DNA from: Veleropilina oligotropha
Taxonomy: Eukaryota
Assembly (NCBI GenBank): GCA_048128005.1
Contig: JBEUKZ010000101.1
Coordinates: 1 to 64,000 of the forward strand
Direction of reading: 5' to 3'
Length of the DNA: 64,000 nucleotides
A program made the translations under genes and the position numbers. Of the stretch, positions 40,547 through 50,968 are shown piece after piece; position 1 is the first letter of the stretch; each line of letters starts with the position of its first letter. Under the pieces are notes generated by a model that did not search any database, was not told the DNA's origin, and saw only the letters and a list, made by a program, of their open reading frames with translations.

Positions 40547-41351
40547 GTATTGTTCCTTGATTTATCAATTTACATAATCTGTGCTGATGCAATGCTATTG
40601 TTATGCCTAGCTATTCTATGAAATAGACATTCTGAGGCGATTCAATGTATGTTCATTTCTTAAAAACATTTTAAGATCTTGATACTTTCATGTCATACCT
40701 GAGTATTTTGACAAGCCAGTTCACATTGAATTTAATAAACAATTATTTTGCAAAAAACGTCTTATAGAATTTTGAGGTTCAATATTATTGATGTTCTAGG
40801 CTGTTACACAGAACATACGATGTTCAAGACATTGAAAACATTTTAATATTTGCTTCCTTAAAATTTATTTTAAGTAACATGTTATACTCATGTTAGCTAT
40901 TCGCAAGTTGGTCATGCGAATCACTTATTAATATCGATTATTATAAATAATCTATTAATTCTTTGCTTAAGATTTGATATATTCAAAGCCTCACTAAGGT
41001 TCCGTGTGCTTACAAATCCGACTGCATCCTCTGGCTACCTGCCTACGGGCCGGAGTACCATTTGGCTGCCACTGGTCCATGACACGTAAGACCTACAGGG
41101 ATTCATCCTTCCGGCCGTGCCTGGGGCTGAGTGCACTTCCGCTTCACCTCGTCCGACTAACACCACGGCGTATTCTCCCGGTAACACTGGTCGAAATTCT
41201 CGCTTGGTAAGAGTTGAATATAATACTCAGTAAATTCCACTCTGGGCGGACACAATCGACGCTTCATGCTGATTGACATGGTGAAAAGTAAGTCATTATC
41301 TTGTTTGGGTTTGCTGTAAGGAACTTCTTACCCACCTATCCAAGGTTATTC

Positions 41352-41442
41352 TGGCAAGAGTAAGGACGTAAGTATGTTTGTAACTACATATGAGGTTTTT
41401 AATTAAACCTAATATTAGTTAAAACATACTTACGTCCTTACT
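41352..41442. repeat. DIRS internal complementary region
   Basis: First half complements the element's left end, second half complements the right-end extension. Confidence 0.9.
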
Positions 41443-42330
41443 ACGATTACCCACCCTGCGTTTCGCATTCCTCCCCTCTACTAAGTTCCTTTGGGGTTCT
41501 GAACTTTGAATTGAGGTCTTGTGACTTCGATGGCTCGGAAGTCTCGCGAGACTTGGCGAGATCTCGCTGGGGGAACTTAGGAGAGGTGGAGCAGGGGAGG
41601 TAATCGTAGTGTTTGACTTAAAAGGAGTGCCTAAATGTGACTTTATTCACTGTTTCCGGTTGGCGATAATATGACTATTATGGCAAGAGTAAGGACGTAA
41701 GTATGTTTTAACTAATATTAGGTTTAATTAAAAACCTCATAAATTTAAGCTCCATTCATGTACAAAAATTCTGCTGCCTGATTGGACTATTTTACAAAAA
41801 TAGGACTTCGGTGAAATTATTGAAAACATCATCACGGCAAATTATGGAATGAATAAATAGTTAAGTGGACAACGTTACACTAATAAATCAAAGTTATCAG
41901 GGGTAGATCTTCCCTAAAATTTGTGGTACCCAGCAGGGATACCAGAATTGCAAGTCTGGGATCCCGCAAAAATAACTGGTATCCCGTAATTTAAATACAA
42001 TAATGAATTTTAAATGTTTTTACATCACAATAACAAAAAAATTACTATAATCATATACATGTGGTAAACCCAAAATAGCATTCCAGGAGGTTGGGGTAAT
42101 TATCGCCGAAGATTCCTTAAGTATTTTCGTCGATTTTTATTATTGTTGATTTTATAATTTTAATGTTATTTATTTTTATATAATTATTAGCTAAACATAA
42201 AAATAATTGTATGGAAAAGAAATATTAATATAAGTACACAAGGTCTCTTATGTATACATATAGTCCGACAACAATATAAGTTTTATAATAAAAATACCCT
42301 ACTCAATATTTTAACTTTTCATATCAACAT

Positions 42331-42493
42331 AGCAGCAGGGGGGGTGACCATACCTTTTATGTGGGGGCGCGGCGAGAGAAATTAAGGCTCCCAGCACTTT
42401 TTCAGAATTAATATGGATCTCAACTCAGCAGCAGGGGGGGTCAGTAGACTTTTTAGAATGGGAAAATACAGCGCCCAGCACCATTTCAGAACT
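42331..42493 (+). repeat. Left TIR of copy 2
   Basis: Near-perfect reverse complement of 58052-58214. Confidence 0.92.
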
Positions 42494-42670
42494 CAGGGTA
42501 GCTCGGACTAGTCAGCAGGGGAGTTTAGACTAGGGCCCCGGGGCCCACTGTGGAGGCTCCCAGCTATATTTCAGACCCCAGGGTATATCGTGTATTACAA
42601 AAAAGTTACCGTGTGTACAGCGACATAGAGCCCCCAGGGACGGCCCACTACCCTCGCCGGCCCGGGCTCC

Positions 42671-42952
42671 TCAGTTATGCGAGCAGTAGCAGGGGGGGTG
42701 AGTTTGATTTCGTGCAACTCCCTTTCTACCGTCTTTGGTCTTCTTCTTATATATCGCTTGTTCACCATTGTCGAGTACAACGATCAAAACGTTATAGCCC
42801 CGGTTTAAGAGGTTTTTAACGCGCCTGAAGCTCCGTTCGCTGTACAGCGTAATAATGTCTTCCTGTGGCATGTTGCTTTCAAGTATAACTACACAACGTC
42901 TAACATGCCGGTTATTTCTCACCGTGCACCGGGCTCGATATCTTAGTGTCAT
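42671..42952 (-). CDS. Hypothetical basic protein
   Basis: Ortholog of 19133-19414. Confidence 0.5.
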   Translation of the reverse strand: MTLRYRARCTVRNNRHVRRCVVILESNMPQEDIITLYSERSFRRVKNLLNRGYNVLIVVLDNGEQAIYKKKTKDGRKGVARNQTHPPCYCSHN

Positions 42953-42979
42953 AATCTCTATTAGAGACTGGTATATACA

Positions 42980-43273
42980 ATGATAACCGCTCTCAATATG
43001 TGGGGCACTGATACCTGTCAATGGCTCACCATCAGCTCCACGGAGCTATGTGGTAAGAGATGTTTGAGGGAGTTTTGCAAAGTCCACCTGGCTCGGCAAC
43101 GGCGAAATGGCCGGGGCACAAAGCCCTGCATCAAATGCGGGAAGGGCGTCTTTAACCGGTTTACGCTGTGTAAGGGCTGTGGGTATCTGACTGCGAACGT
43201 TAGGGATTGGCGACGAAAGAATCGAGCCTTCGAGAGAGAGTTTCTCCGTATGGCTGCAATTTACCACGCGTAA
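42980..43273 (+). CDS. Small zinc-finger-like protein
   Basis: Ortholog of 18812-19105. Confidence 0.68.
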   Translation: MITALNMWGTDTCQWLTISSTELCGKRCLREFCKVHLARQRRNGRGTKPCIKCGKGVFNRFTLCKGCGYLTANVRDWRRKNRAFEREFLRMAAIYHA

Positions 43274-43320
43274 ATTTCATATTAGAGAACTGAAATCCTA
43301 GTGTATACCCCCCCAGCAAC

Positions 43321-46300
43321 ATGGATGACCTGCGCAATCTAGCGAAAGATTATGGGATTCCCGCTCGGTCGAAGCTCAAGAAGCACGACCTCGTCAGGGC
43401 AATCGCCAGGGTCCGTGCTGCGGAGTTTCGGAGCAGACTCGAGCGGGCGATGAAAACGGGAAGGTTCCCCTCCATACGTGGAGATGTGGAGAACCCCCAC
43501 AAAAGAGGCCGACGTGCTCGCGAGTTGCGGCAGATTAAGGACGAGGTCGACGCCGCCCTGCAGGCTCGTAAATACGAATCCCAGGCTGAGAAAAATCCCA
43601 GGATTCGACTGAAGCCACTTCGCGCCATCACGGATCGAATCGTCAAGCGGTCTCGGAAAGAGACCCTTGCCCATGCTATTGCTCGGAAGGGGCCCGATCT
43701 TCTCATCTCCAAAATGCCCCGGACAGCCCAGGACTACCAGAAGGATCTTCTAGGGCAATTTACCACACCCGAGGGACAACGATTCATCGACCTGGATGAC
43801 CAGGTCCCTCCCCCAGTAAGGCTCCCAGCAAAAGAGCCATGGGTGGAACTCTTGAGCGACGCCAAAGACGAGTTTGAGGTCGATGGTGCCGCGGCGGCTT
43901 TCTCCACATGGAGGGTAGAAGTGGCTGGACGGCTGGCCCTGGATGCCCGTATGACAGATGCAAGGGCGGCACAGCTCCTCACAGCCCTTCCAAAGGGCGA
44001 GTATGTCCTTAGAATAAAGTTCTTGCGTGAGTGGGGTGAAGGTGACTGGGTGGTCGAAGACAAGTTTGACCCGGTGAAAGCTGCGAGGAAGAAGGGCCAG
44101 GGTGTCTTTGAGATCTCTCAGGACACTAAGCCGGGTGCTATCACTGGGGTCGACAAGGTCTACTACGAGAATGCCTACCCGGTCACTGCAGTCGTCTACG
44201 GCGTCTATCCTCTCAGAGAACCAAACCCCGCCAACCTGGTTCCGATGAAGAACGGCGACCTCAACTGCGTTGCCCAACGAGTGGTTGAGCACTTCGAAGG
44301 TGCCCTTAGAGGACACGGACTCACCCCGACAAGGCGGCAGAAAATACTGGAGTGGGAAGAGCGAGTCCATGTAACAGGCGCCACTGTGGATGATATAGCT
44401 ACCCTCGAGAAGATCCTCAAACGGGCGATCACCTTGAGAGACATTGCCGGCGAGGACATCTACAACAGTGGGAAATACCAGGCCAGTATGTGGAAGTCCA
44501 TAGAACTCATCTGTCACAACGGCCACGCCTGGTCGAAGGACCTACACTTTCCGCAGTCTCGCGAGGTCCACCTGTATGAGGGCGATGTCTGGGAAGCTAT
44601 CCGACAAGCCACCCAGAATGAGCCATTGGCTGTCTGGCTCCTTGGCGGTAAAGACCGACAGCTTGGCGTGGACCAGTTCGTGCTGCAAGACGGCCGCACT
44701 TACCGGACAAAAGAGGCTCACGAGAGACTCCAAGAAGCCTGTACAGCGCTGGGGAATGAGTCCCTAGCCGATCGAGCCTTTGGCGTGAACCATGCAGCTA
44801 GCATTATGGCCAAAGAGACCAACGGCTGGAAACCGACCCCAGCGGGCCTGCTCGATGACATCCAGAAGGCCTGTGTAGAGCATGGCCACGGCGGCCTGTG
44901 GAATTCCATGAATTACGACACGGGCGATGTCTGCTGCATCGATATGAAATCCTGCTACCCTGCAAGCTTTCTGGGGAAGGGCGAGGCTAAGCCCTATTTC
45001 GAAAGATTCGGACACCCACTCCACAGCATGACCCGGGTCGCAATTAACGGTCCTCTACCCCGAGAAATCGGTACCGGGTTTGCCGAGGTCGTGGAATGGG
45101 AGTTCGCACAAGACATCCACCCCGTCATTGTAGCATGGTTCGGAAAGCACTTTGCAGAGAATGGATGGGCACCCACCCCGCTGCTCGCCTTCCTCGTAGA
45201 CTCTGGACTGCTAAAAAGCCTCAAGATCCGAGAGGCCATCATCGCGTTCAAAAACCAGACCGATGTCTGGCTTCCGGAGAATCGTGACCAGGGCTGCAGC
45301 ATTATCGGCAAATTCACCCAAGGCGCCAAGGCCGATGGCAAAAGATTGACTCGTAGACTGGTGACCGACCAGGGTGAGCTCGACTTCCTCGTAAGAGACA
45401 CCCGCCAAAGCGGCACCCTGGTTGGCGCTCCTCAGAGATGCCCCCTCGGTCACATCCTCACGTACTATGATGGCTCCCAGCCTCAGTACGCCCACCTGAG
45501 GGCATCCATGTTGGCCTATGCACACATAAACCTCTTGAGCATGCTGAAGCGTTTCAGTGCAGCAGAAGCCGTCCGGGTAGCCACGGACAGCATCTACCTC
45601 AAGAAGGCCTCGTTGGAGAAGCTCGACGATGTCACGGTGTACGTTGCCCCCAGACTCTGCGGCTGTCGCAGCCAATCGTGCGTCTCATGTCTGATCGCGG
45701 AGCCGTACCTTCCGCCAGTAGCACCGGCCCAGTGGCGTGACAAGGGCGAACAGCTGTACATGCCACAGGAACATGCCGCATACCTGCCCAAGCCAGAGTA
45801 TCGTTGTGCCGCAAAGGACGTGCCGCCGAGCACCGCGCCATGCTACAATGACACACTGACCCACCATCGCCTGAGTTACCTCAACGGTGGAGGGGGCTGT
45901 GGCAAGACTACGAGAGCGATCGAGCTCTTCCGGGCAAGGAATCCCGTCGTGTTCACACCAACCCACCGCCTCGCTAAAGAGATGCGGACCAGAGGCGTCA
46001 AAGCCCAGACCTACCACAGCTTCTTCCGATGGAGCGGCCAGAACGACTGGACGCCTGATCGCATGGGTCAGAAGTTCATCCCGCGCGTCATTATCTGGGA
46101 CGAGGTCTGTACTGTTCCCCGGCACATCCTAGAGATGTTCTTGGACTGGCTGGGCCGCCACGAAGTGCAGGTTATCTGCTGTGGTGATCAAGGCCAGCCA
46201 CCACCGATTACGGGCGAGATGCCGCACGATTGGCTGCGAAAGACCGCGGACTACTATGAAGAGATCGAAGTAGACTACAGGGCGAAAGACGACCCTGCCC

Positions 46301-47157
46301 TCCAAGCCCTGAAAAGACGTATCCGTCTCCAGCCCGACAAAGTCCAGTGCGACGAGATGCGACGGACCCTCCCCAGCTGCCTCGGATGGGACCGGTTCGT
46401 CAACACCTGGACGCCGCGCGACCTAATCCTCACAAGCCGTCAGAAGGTCCGCGAACGGGCTCAAGAGCTGTTGCTCCAGAGGCACAAGGAGCACTTCCCA
46501 GACTCCATGGTGCCTATCCTGTACCACCCCAGGGACAGCAGAAAACAGAACATCATGGTAACCATTCCGGGCACCAGCGACAGAGAGGAGCTAGTTCTGA
46601 ACGACGTCGTCGAGGTCACCATTGAGGCCGCTGAGCGGGCTATCCTGACCCCGGATTGGCGCCTGGGCTATGCCCTGACCATCCATTCGAGCCAGGGTCT
46701 TACGATTCACGACCCACAGAAAGTCTGGATCATCGACGACTACCTTCAGTGGAGTAATCTCGCCTACCTAGCCGTGTCCCGGGTGGAGCTGCTGCGTCAG
46801 CTCGAACGGGTAACCTGTCCACCGGATGAGGGTTCTGAGGACAAGCCCCGGCCCCAAACCGAGCAACAGCTCCGAAAGACCATCCAGAAAAAGCTTGTGG
46901 CGTACAAACGCCAGGACCAGGCCAAGGGACTCCCGGGGTTTAACCTCAAGGTCGACGACATCCTGCGGCTCAGAGAGGCCCAAAACAACCGCTGCGCAGC
47001 ATGCAACATAGAGCTGCTCTGGGCATATTCCCCGAAGGACACACAGCAGTTCAGTGTCGACCGTGTGGACAACAGCAGGGGCCACACCCGCGACAACGTG
47101 CGCTTAACGTGTCTGGAATGTAACCGGAAACGAGGATTTGCGGTTGTTAACGCCTGA
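43321..47157 (+). CDS. Replication fusion protein (HeH / OTU-like / degenerate PolB / SF1 helicase / HNH-like), 1278 aa
   Basis: Same motifs as copy 1, uninterrupted. Confidence 0.88.
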   Translation: MDDLRNLAKDYGIPARSKLKKHDLVRAIARVRAAEFRSRLERAMKTGRFPSIRGDVENPHKRGRRARELRQIKDEVDAALQARKYESQAEKNPRIRLKPLRAITDRIVKRSRKETLAHAIARKGPDLLISKMPRTAQDYQKDLLGQFTTPEGQRFIDLDDQVPPPVRLPAKEPWVELLSDAKDEFEVDGAAAAFSTWRVEVAGRLALDARMTDARAAQLLTALPKGEYVLRIKFLREWGEGDWVVEDKFDPVKAARKKGQGVFEISQDTKPGAITGVDKVYYENAYPVTAVVYGVYPLREPNPANLVPMKNGDLNCVAQRVVEHFEGALRGHGLTPTRRQKILEWEERVHVTGATVDDIATLEKILKRAITLRDIAGEDIYNSGKYQASMWKSIELICHNGHAWSKDLHFPQSREVHLYEGDVWEAIRQATQNEPLAVWLLGGKDRQLGVDQFVLQDGRTYRTKEAHERLQEACTALGNESLADRAFGVNHAASIMAKETNGWKPTPAGLLDDIQKACVEHGHGGLWNSMNYDTGDVCCIDMKSCYPASFLGKGEAKPYFERFGHPLHSMTRVAINGPLPREIGTGFAEVVEWEFAQDIHPVIVAWFGKHFAENGWAPTPLLAFLVDSGLLKSLKIREAIIAFKNQTDVWLPENRDQGCSIIGKFTQGAKADGKRLTRRLVTDQGELDFLVRDTRQSGTLVGAPQRCPLGHILTYYDGSQPQYAHLRASMLAYAHINLLSMLKRFSAAEAVRVATDSIYLKKASLEKLDDVTVYVAPRLCGCRSQSCVSCLIAEPYLPPVAPAQWRDKGEQLYMPQEHAAYLPKPEYRCAAKDVPPSTAPCYNDTLTHHRLSYLNGGGGCGKTTRAIELFRARNPVVFTPTHRLAKEMRTRGVKAQTYHSFFRWSGQNDWTPDRMGQKFIPRVIIWDEVCTVPRHILEMFLDWLGRHEVQVICCGDQGQPPPITGEMPHDWLRKTADYYEEIEVDYRAKDDPALQALKRRIRLQPDKVQCDEMRRTLPSCLGWDRFVNTWTPRDLILTSRQKVRERAQELLLQRHKEHFPDSMVPILYHPRDSRKQNIMVTIPGTSDREELVLNDVVEVTIEAAERAILTPDWRLGYALTIHSSQGLTIHDPQKVWIIDDYLQWSNLAYLAVSRVELLRQLERVTCPPDEGSEDKPRPQTEQQLRKTIQKKLVAYKRQDQAKGLPGFNLKVDDILRLREAQNNRCAACNIELLWAYSPKDTQQFSVDRVDNSRGHTRDNVRLTCLECNRKRGFAVVNA

Positions 47158-48145
47158 GAACCGGCGGCAGCTGGGTATCACGAGGCACCACGAGAAGTTC
47201 CTCTCGAACAAACCCACGCGGTGGTCCATCCAGCAAGTAGTAGAGCACAGGCTCGTCAGGCTTAGTGACGGAGCGTCCAAGCCTGTAAACTTTTAGAGAC
47301 CACACCGGGTCAGTAGCACGGCGATGACCCCCCTCCAGCTCACCATCGTAGTAAAGGTAGCGAACATCTACGTCAGAGGGGAGTTTCTGTTCCTTCCCCT
47401 GTCGGCCTGGAACAGTGGCGCCTGGCTTTTGGGCAACGCGAGGTGCCTTGATGGCGTCCTTGGGCTTTTTACCGGTCAGCCTGGTCACTTCCCCATTCAA
47501 GGCCGCAACTACAGCTGCTAACCGGGCGACCCACTCAGTTGACCTTTGACCCTCTTTCGCAGACTCTGCAAACCGCATCTCTGTTGCATACTGGTGCCCG
47601 AAGAGCCGCTCAGCGAGCGTCCGGTTGAAGCGCTCCACAATGCCCTGATCGCGATGGATATCCACACGGCCACGCCTAACCTCGACGTTATTCTTTGCCA
47701 GCAGCTGGGAAACCGCGCCCATAAACTCTCGCCCTGGATCGACTTGAAGCAGTTTCGGCCAGCCAAGAGGACTCCGCCTGTAGATTCGGGCTAGTGCTTC
47801 AGCAACCCCTTTGGCCTCTTTTGTGACCAGAGGCTCAGCCTCTTTAAAGCGACTGGCCACATCAACCACAGTCAAAGCGTACTTGTACGTTTTACGGCCG
47901 ACCTTGTCATGGGGCAGAAACAGGAGATCGGCTTGGTGAACCTCGTTCGGCGTCGTAACGTCAAACCGTGGTCTTGGAATCCGCCGTGGCGCAGGTAAAT
48001 AGATCTGCCATATAGCCTGCCTCTTAAGCCATGTCCGGGCCTCCACTTCAGACGCCTTGGCAGCGTCAGCTAGTTTCTTTATCGCGGCAATGCCTTTCCA
48101 GTAGCCCTTAGGGCTGTAGTACATCCTCGCAAGCTTACTATCCAT
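47147..48145 (-). CDS. rve DDE integrase
   Basis: DDE triad intact. Confidence 0.93.
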   Translation of the reverse strand: MDSKLARMYYSPKGYWKGIAAIKKLADAAKASEVEARTWLKRQAIWQIYLPAPRRIPRPRFDVTTPNEVHQADLLFLPHDKVGRKTYKYALTVVDVASRFKEAEPLVTKEAKGVAEALARIYRRSPLGWPKLLQVDPGREFMGAVSQLLAKNNVEVRRGRVDIHRDQGIVERFNRTLAERLFGHQYATEMRFAESAKEGQRSTEWVARLAAVVAALNGEVTRLTGKKPKDAIKAPRVAQKPGATVPGRQGKEQKLPSDVDVRYLYYDGELEGGHRRATDPVWSLKVYRLGRSVTKPDEPVLYYLLDGPPRGFVREELLVVPRDTQLPPVLRR

Positions 48146-48399
48146 CAGCAATGTATTCCAGTAAACTGATCAGTCTCCAACAGGCTTCAGCTTCCGGAGC
48201 CGGTCGCTGTGCAGTCGTCTCCCAAAGGTTGGTCGGGCCCGAGAGCACCAGGACCGCGAACCGCACCATAGTCTTTTCGTCGCGGCGCCAGCAGTCGAGT
48301 AACGTAGTACTATAGCCGACCGCAAGCATAGCGCAGTACAGCTCTTCTGGGAGCCCCATTACTATACATGCCAACGAAAAAAATGTCCACTGGAAATAA

Positions 48400-48828
48400 T
48401 TAGGCGAGCTTGTAGGCGACCAACCCGGTCGCAGCCATCCCGAGGATGATGAAGGTGATCTCACGTCCCTTCTGGGCATCGCTCGGTGTGTAGTAGTCAG
48501 ACAGGGCGGGCTCAGGGCCACCCCCCAGGCCGGGGTCAAGGTTCTTGCCGGTGATCAATGCATACTCACGGATCGCGGCGTCAACATCTCGGAATGTCCC
48601 AACGGCATGACCCTGGCGGCGAAGTTCAACGTTCAGCCAGTCGAGACGCTCTGCCCTCTGTTGTGACCATTTAGTCTGAGCAGCGTTGAGCTGTTCTACA
48701 GCAATGTCGTGGCGTTTACGCTCCGCATCGACACCGGAGCTGCGTAGCTTCGAGAAGAGGAAGTTGGAGCCGCTGAAGGCGAGGGCGTTGACGAGAGCGC
48801 CCCCAACCAGCATCGCAATGGAAGCCAT
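48400..48828 (-). CDS. Small membrane protein
   Basis: Ortholog of 13259-13687. Confidence 0.72.
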   Translation of the reverse strand: MASIAMLVGGALVNALAFSGSNFLFSKLRSSGVDAERKRHDIAVEQLNAAQTKWSQQRAERLDWLNVELRRQGHAVGTFRDVDAAIREYALITGKNLDPGLGGGPEPALSDYYTPSDAQKGREITFIILGMAATGLVAYKLA

Positions 48829-48859
48829 TGAAATGCTGCGATTATCTAGCAAGGTCCCA

Positions 48860-49099
48860 CTACTTCAATATATCGGCCGGAATGATGCCTTGCTTGATCA
48901 GCATGTCTTTCGTCGCCATGGCGAGCGCTACGTCGAGGACGACCATCCCGACATCGTAGCCCGTGAAGTCCAGTTTGGGGCTCGCTCCCTTGAATACCAT
49001 CTTTGTCAGGCGTGCGTAGCCAATGGCGAGGCCTGACACTATAGCGGCGTGGTATACAGCGTTGCCGAGCATCTTTCCATCAGTGATTGGGGTAGTCAT
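48860..49099 (-). CDS. Small hydrophobic protein, 79 aa
   Basis: Ortholog of 12988-13227. Confidence 0.72.
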   Translation of the reverse strand: MTTPITDGKMLGNAVYHAAIVSGLAIGYARLTKMVFKGASPKLDFTGYDVGMVVLDVALAMATKDMLIKQGIIPADILK

Positions 49100-49124
49100 A
49101 ACTGTTGATTAGTACCGTTTGCGA

Positions 49125-49616
49125 CTATTGCATATGAAAAGGGTTCTGCTTCTTCAATTCGATAGTGGGGGCGGCCCGAGAGCACCGAGCGTCCGCGTCT
49201 GGTGGCTGTTGATGTGGTGTGGATGGACCAGGGTTGCTGCGTTCTGAGGACGTCTTCCAGACAACAAATACCAACGCAACCGTACCGGCAGCGACGGCTA
49301 CCTGGGTCCAATTAAATAGGTCCGATTTCCGTGTATCTGGCGCACGCGGTCTTTCTGCAGCTGGAACCGCCTCCCCGGGCTGTTCTGATGGAACGACAAC
49401 ACTTGTTGGGGCACTCAGGTCTTCTTTCATTTTTCGAACCGCGGCCAGTAGCTTCTCCTGCTTGGCTTTTCGAGCAGCAGCGCCGGCCCTCCCTGCAGCC
49501 ACTTTTTTCGGGTCCTTTTTACTCACTGATGAGTCCGTCGAAGAAGTCACCCTCTCTATCGGCTGGCTCTCGATCGGCTGTCTCTCGATCACTTGGTCCA
49601 CTTCCGGCGTTGTCAT
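49125..49616 (-). CDS. Basic protein with one TM segment
   Basis: Ortholog of 12460-12951. Confidence 0.68.
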   Translation of the reverse strand: MTTPEVDQVIERQPIESQPIERVTSSTDSSVSKKDPKKVAAGRAGAAARKAKQEKLLAAVRKMKEDLSAPTSVVVPSEQPGEAVPAAERPRAPDTRKSDLFNWTQVAVAAGTVALVFVVWKTSSERSNPGPSTPHQQPPDADARCSRAAPTIELKKQNPFHMQ

Positions 49617-50274
49617 CTTGATCTGGTATCTTAGGCGGGCAAACATGTCCAAATTGGCAGTGCTTAGCCGTGGTCAACGCTGCGGTCAGCGGTGCGAGGT
49701 ACATGCCATATTTATAATACAGCTCACAGCTTGCAGTGGTCAGGGCATGTGAGATGAACGGGTCGGCCTCGAGGTCGGCGATCAGTCGTAGCTGGTTTGC
49801 TGGTGGAATGGGCAGGAACATCCCAGCTGCCCCCGCGTAGAGATGAATAGCAGCGGCCCCGAGGGTCTTCGTCATGTCAGCACCGAGTTTCGCTTCATAC
49901 CTCGCGTGGTGCTTTTCGACCTCGTCGTCAGTCATGTCGTCTATCCGGTCCACTGTGAGGTTACGCCCCATGTATCGGTGGGCCTGTCCTCCAACGGCTA
50001 AGGCTGCAAGCCTCTCACGCTTTGCCGCGCAAACGGAACTTGCGACTCCACTGTTACTGACAGGTTCCTTGCCATCGGGAGTCAAGCGACAGCTGTTGAT
50101 GGTCGTTTCTTGTTCGTCATCCATGAGTTGATCGATGAGGCTGTCCATCCTGAAGCGTTTCCAGCATCGCCTCACCGGTCTAATATAACTGTAAATCCAA
50201 TACCACAATGTAGCGAGTAGGAGCAAGATCAGGCTCTGGCTGAAAGCAAAAGCTAGATATACAGCGTCCGACAT
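49519..50274 (-). CDS. Hypothetical protein with N-terminal TM, 251 aa
   Basis: Ortholog of 11799-12557 with divergent N-terminal third. Confidence 0.72.
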   Translation of the reverse strand: MSDAVYLAFAFSQSLILLLLATLWYWIYSYIRPVRRCWKRFRMDSLIDQLMDDEQETTINSCRLTPDGKEPVSNSGVASSVCAAKRERLAALAVGGQAHRYMGRNLTVDRIDDMTDDEVEKHHARYEAKLGADMTKTLGAAAIHLYAGAAGMFLPIPPANQLRLIADLEADPFISHALTTASCELYYKYGMYLAPLTAALTTAKHCQFGHVCPPKIPDQDDNAGSGPSDRETADREPADREGDFFDGLISE

Positions 50275-50337
50275 GCTGGGTAGATGCTCAGTAGACTACA
50301 GCTTGCTGGGTAGATGCTCAGTAGACTACAGCTTGCT
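50275..50337. repeat. Perfect 30-bp tandem duplication
   Basis: GCTGGGTAGATGCTCAGTAGACTACAGCTT x2. Confidence 0.9.
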
Positions 50338-50968
50338 ACAGCACACTATAAGCAACGGGCTGATCAGTTTTCAACAGAAGCTTAGCGTGTCGTGTCTCGG
50401 TCAACAGCCTGCGAACCGCGGTCCGTTCATCCTGCGACGGGATTACATCGTTCTCGCGCAGACAGTCCTCGAAACTGTCGCGGTCCTTGCAATGGAACAG
50501 CGCGACCCAGCGGGTCTGCTCTCTGAGCTCCTTCAAGACCGAGTTGTACTTTTGCGTCACTACCCATACGCTCTGGGAAGCATGCCTGCCGCTGAAGGCC
50601 AACAAAGTCAGCATGTCCCTCCTCTTTGCCATAGCCTTGCTCGCGGCGCAGTCGTCGATTATGTACAGAGTTGATTCCCCCTGAAACAGTCGGTAGAACC
50701 CCCGCAGCCAGTCATGGAGTCGCTCACCCGGGGGGACTAAATACACCTCAGGGTCGGTCCAGATCCACGGACAAGACTGGTATGCTTTGTTGTACTTGAT
50801 CGTGGGGCAGAGGACCACGATATGCCGGAAGACGCCTCGATACTCCCCTTCCAGCAGTTCAAGCATGAAAACCGTCTTCCCACAGCCCGTCTGGCCGCAG
50901 ATGATTGCGGAGTGGGGGTCCTTGGTGTGCGGAAATCGTTTAGTACAGTGCTTCGACGAATCGGCCAT
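50336..50968 (-). CDS. Packaging ATPase
   Basis: GQTGCGKT, LYIIDD, SGRH. Confidence 0.92.
   Translation of the reverse strand: MADSSKHCTKRFPHTKDPHSAIICGQTGCGKTVFMLELLEGEYRGVFRHIVVLCPTIKYNKAYQSCPWIWTDPEVYLVPPGERLHDWLRGFYRLFQGESTLYIIDDCAASKAMAKRRDMLTLLAFSGRHASQSVWVVTQKYNSVLKELREQTRWVALFHCKDRDSFEDCLRENDVIPSQDERTAVRRLLTETRHAKLLLKTDQPVAYSVL

Larger units (their letters stand above)
34343..41741 (+). mobile_element. DIRS1-type tyrosine-recombinase retrotransposon, full length
   Basis: Inverted terminal repeats ~34343-34554 and ~41503-41741, internal complementary region, gag, RT-RNaseH-MT, YR; ATA at both ends. Confidence 0.93.
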
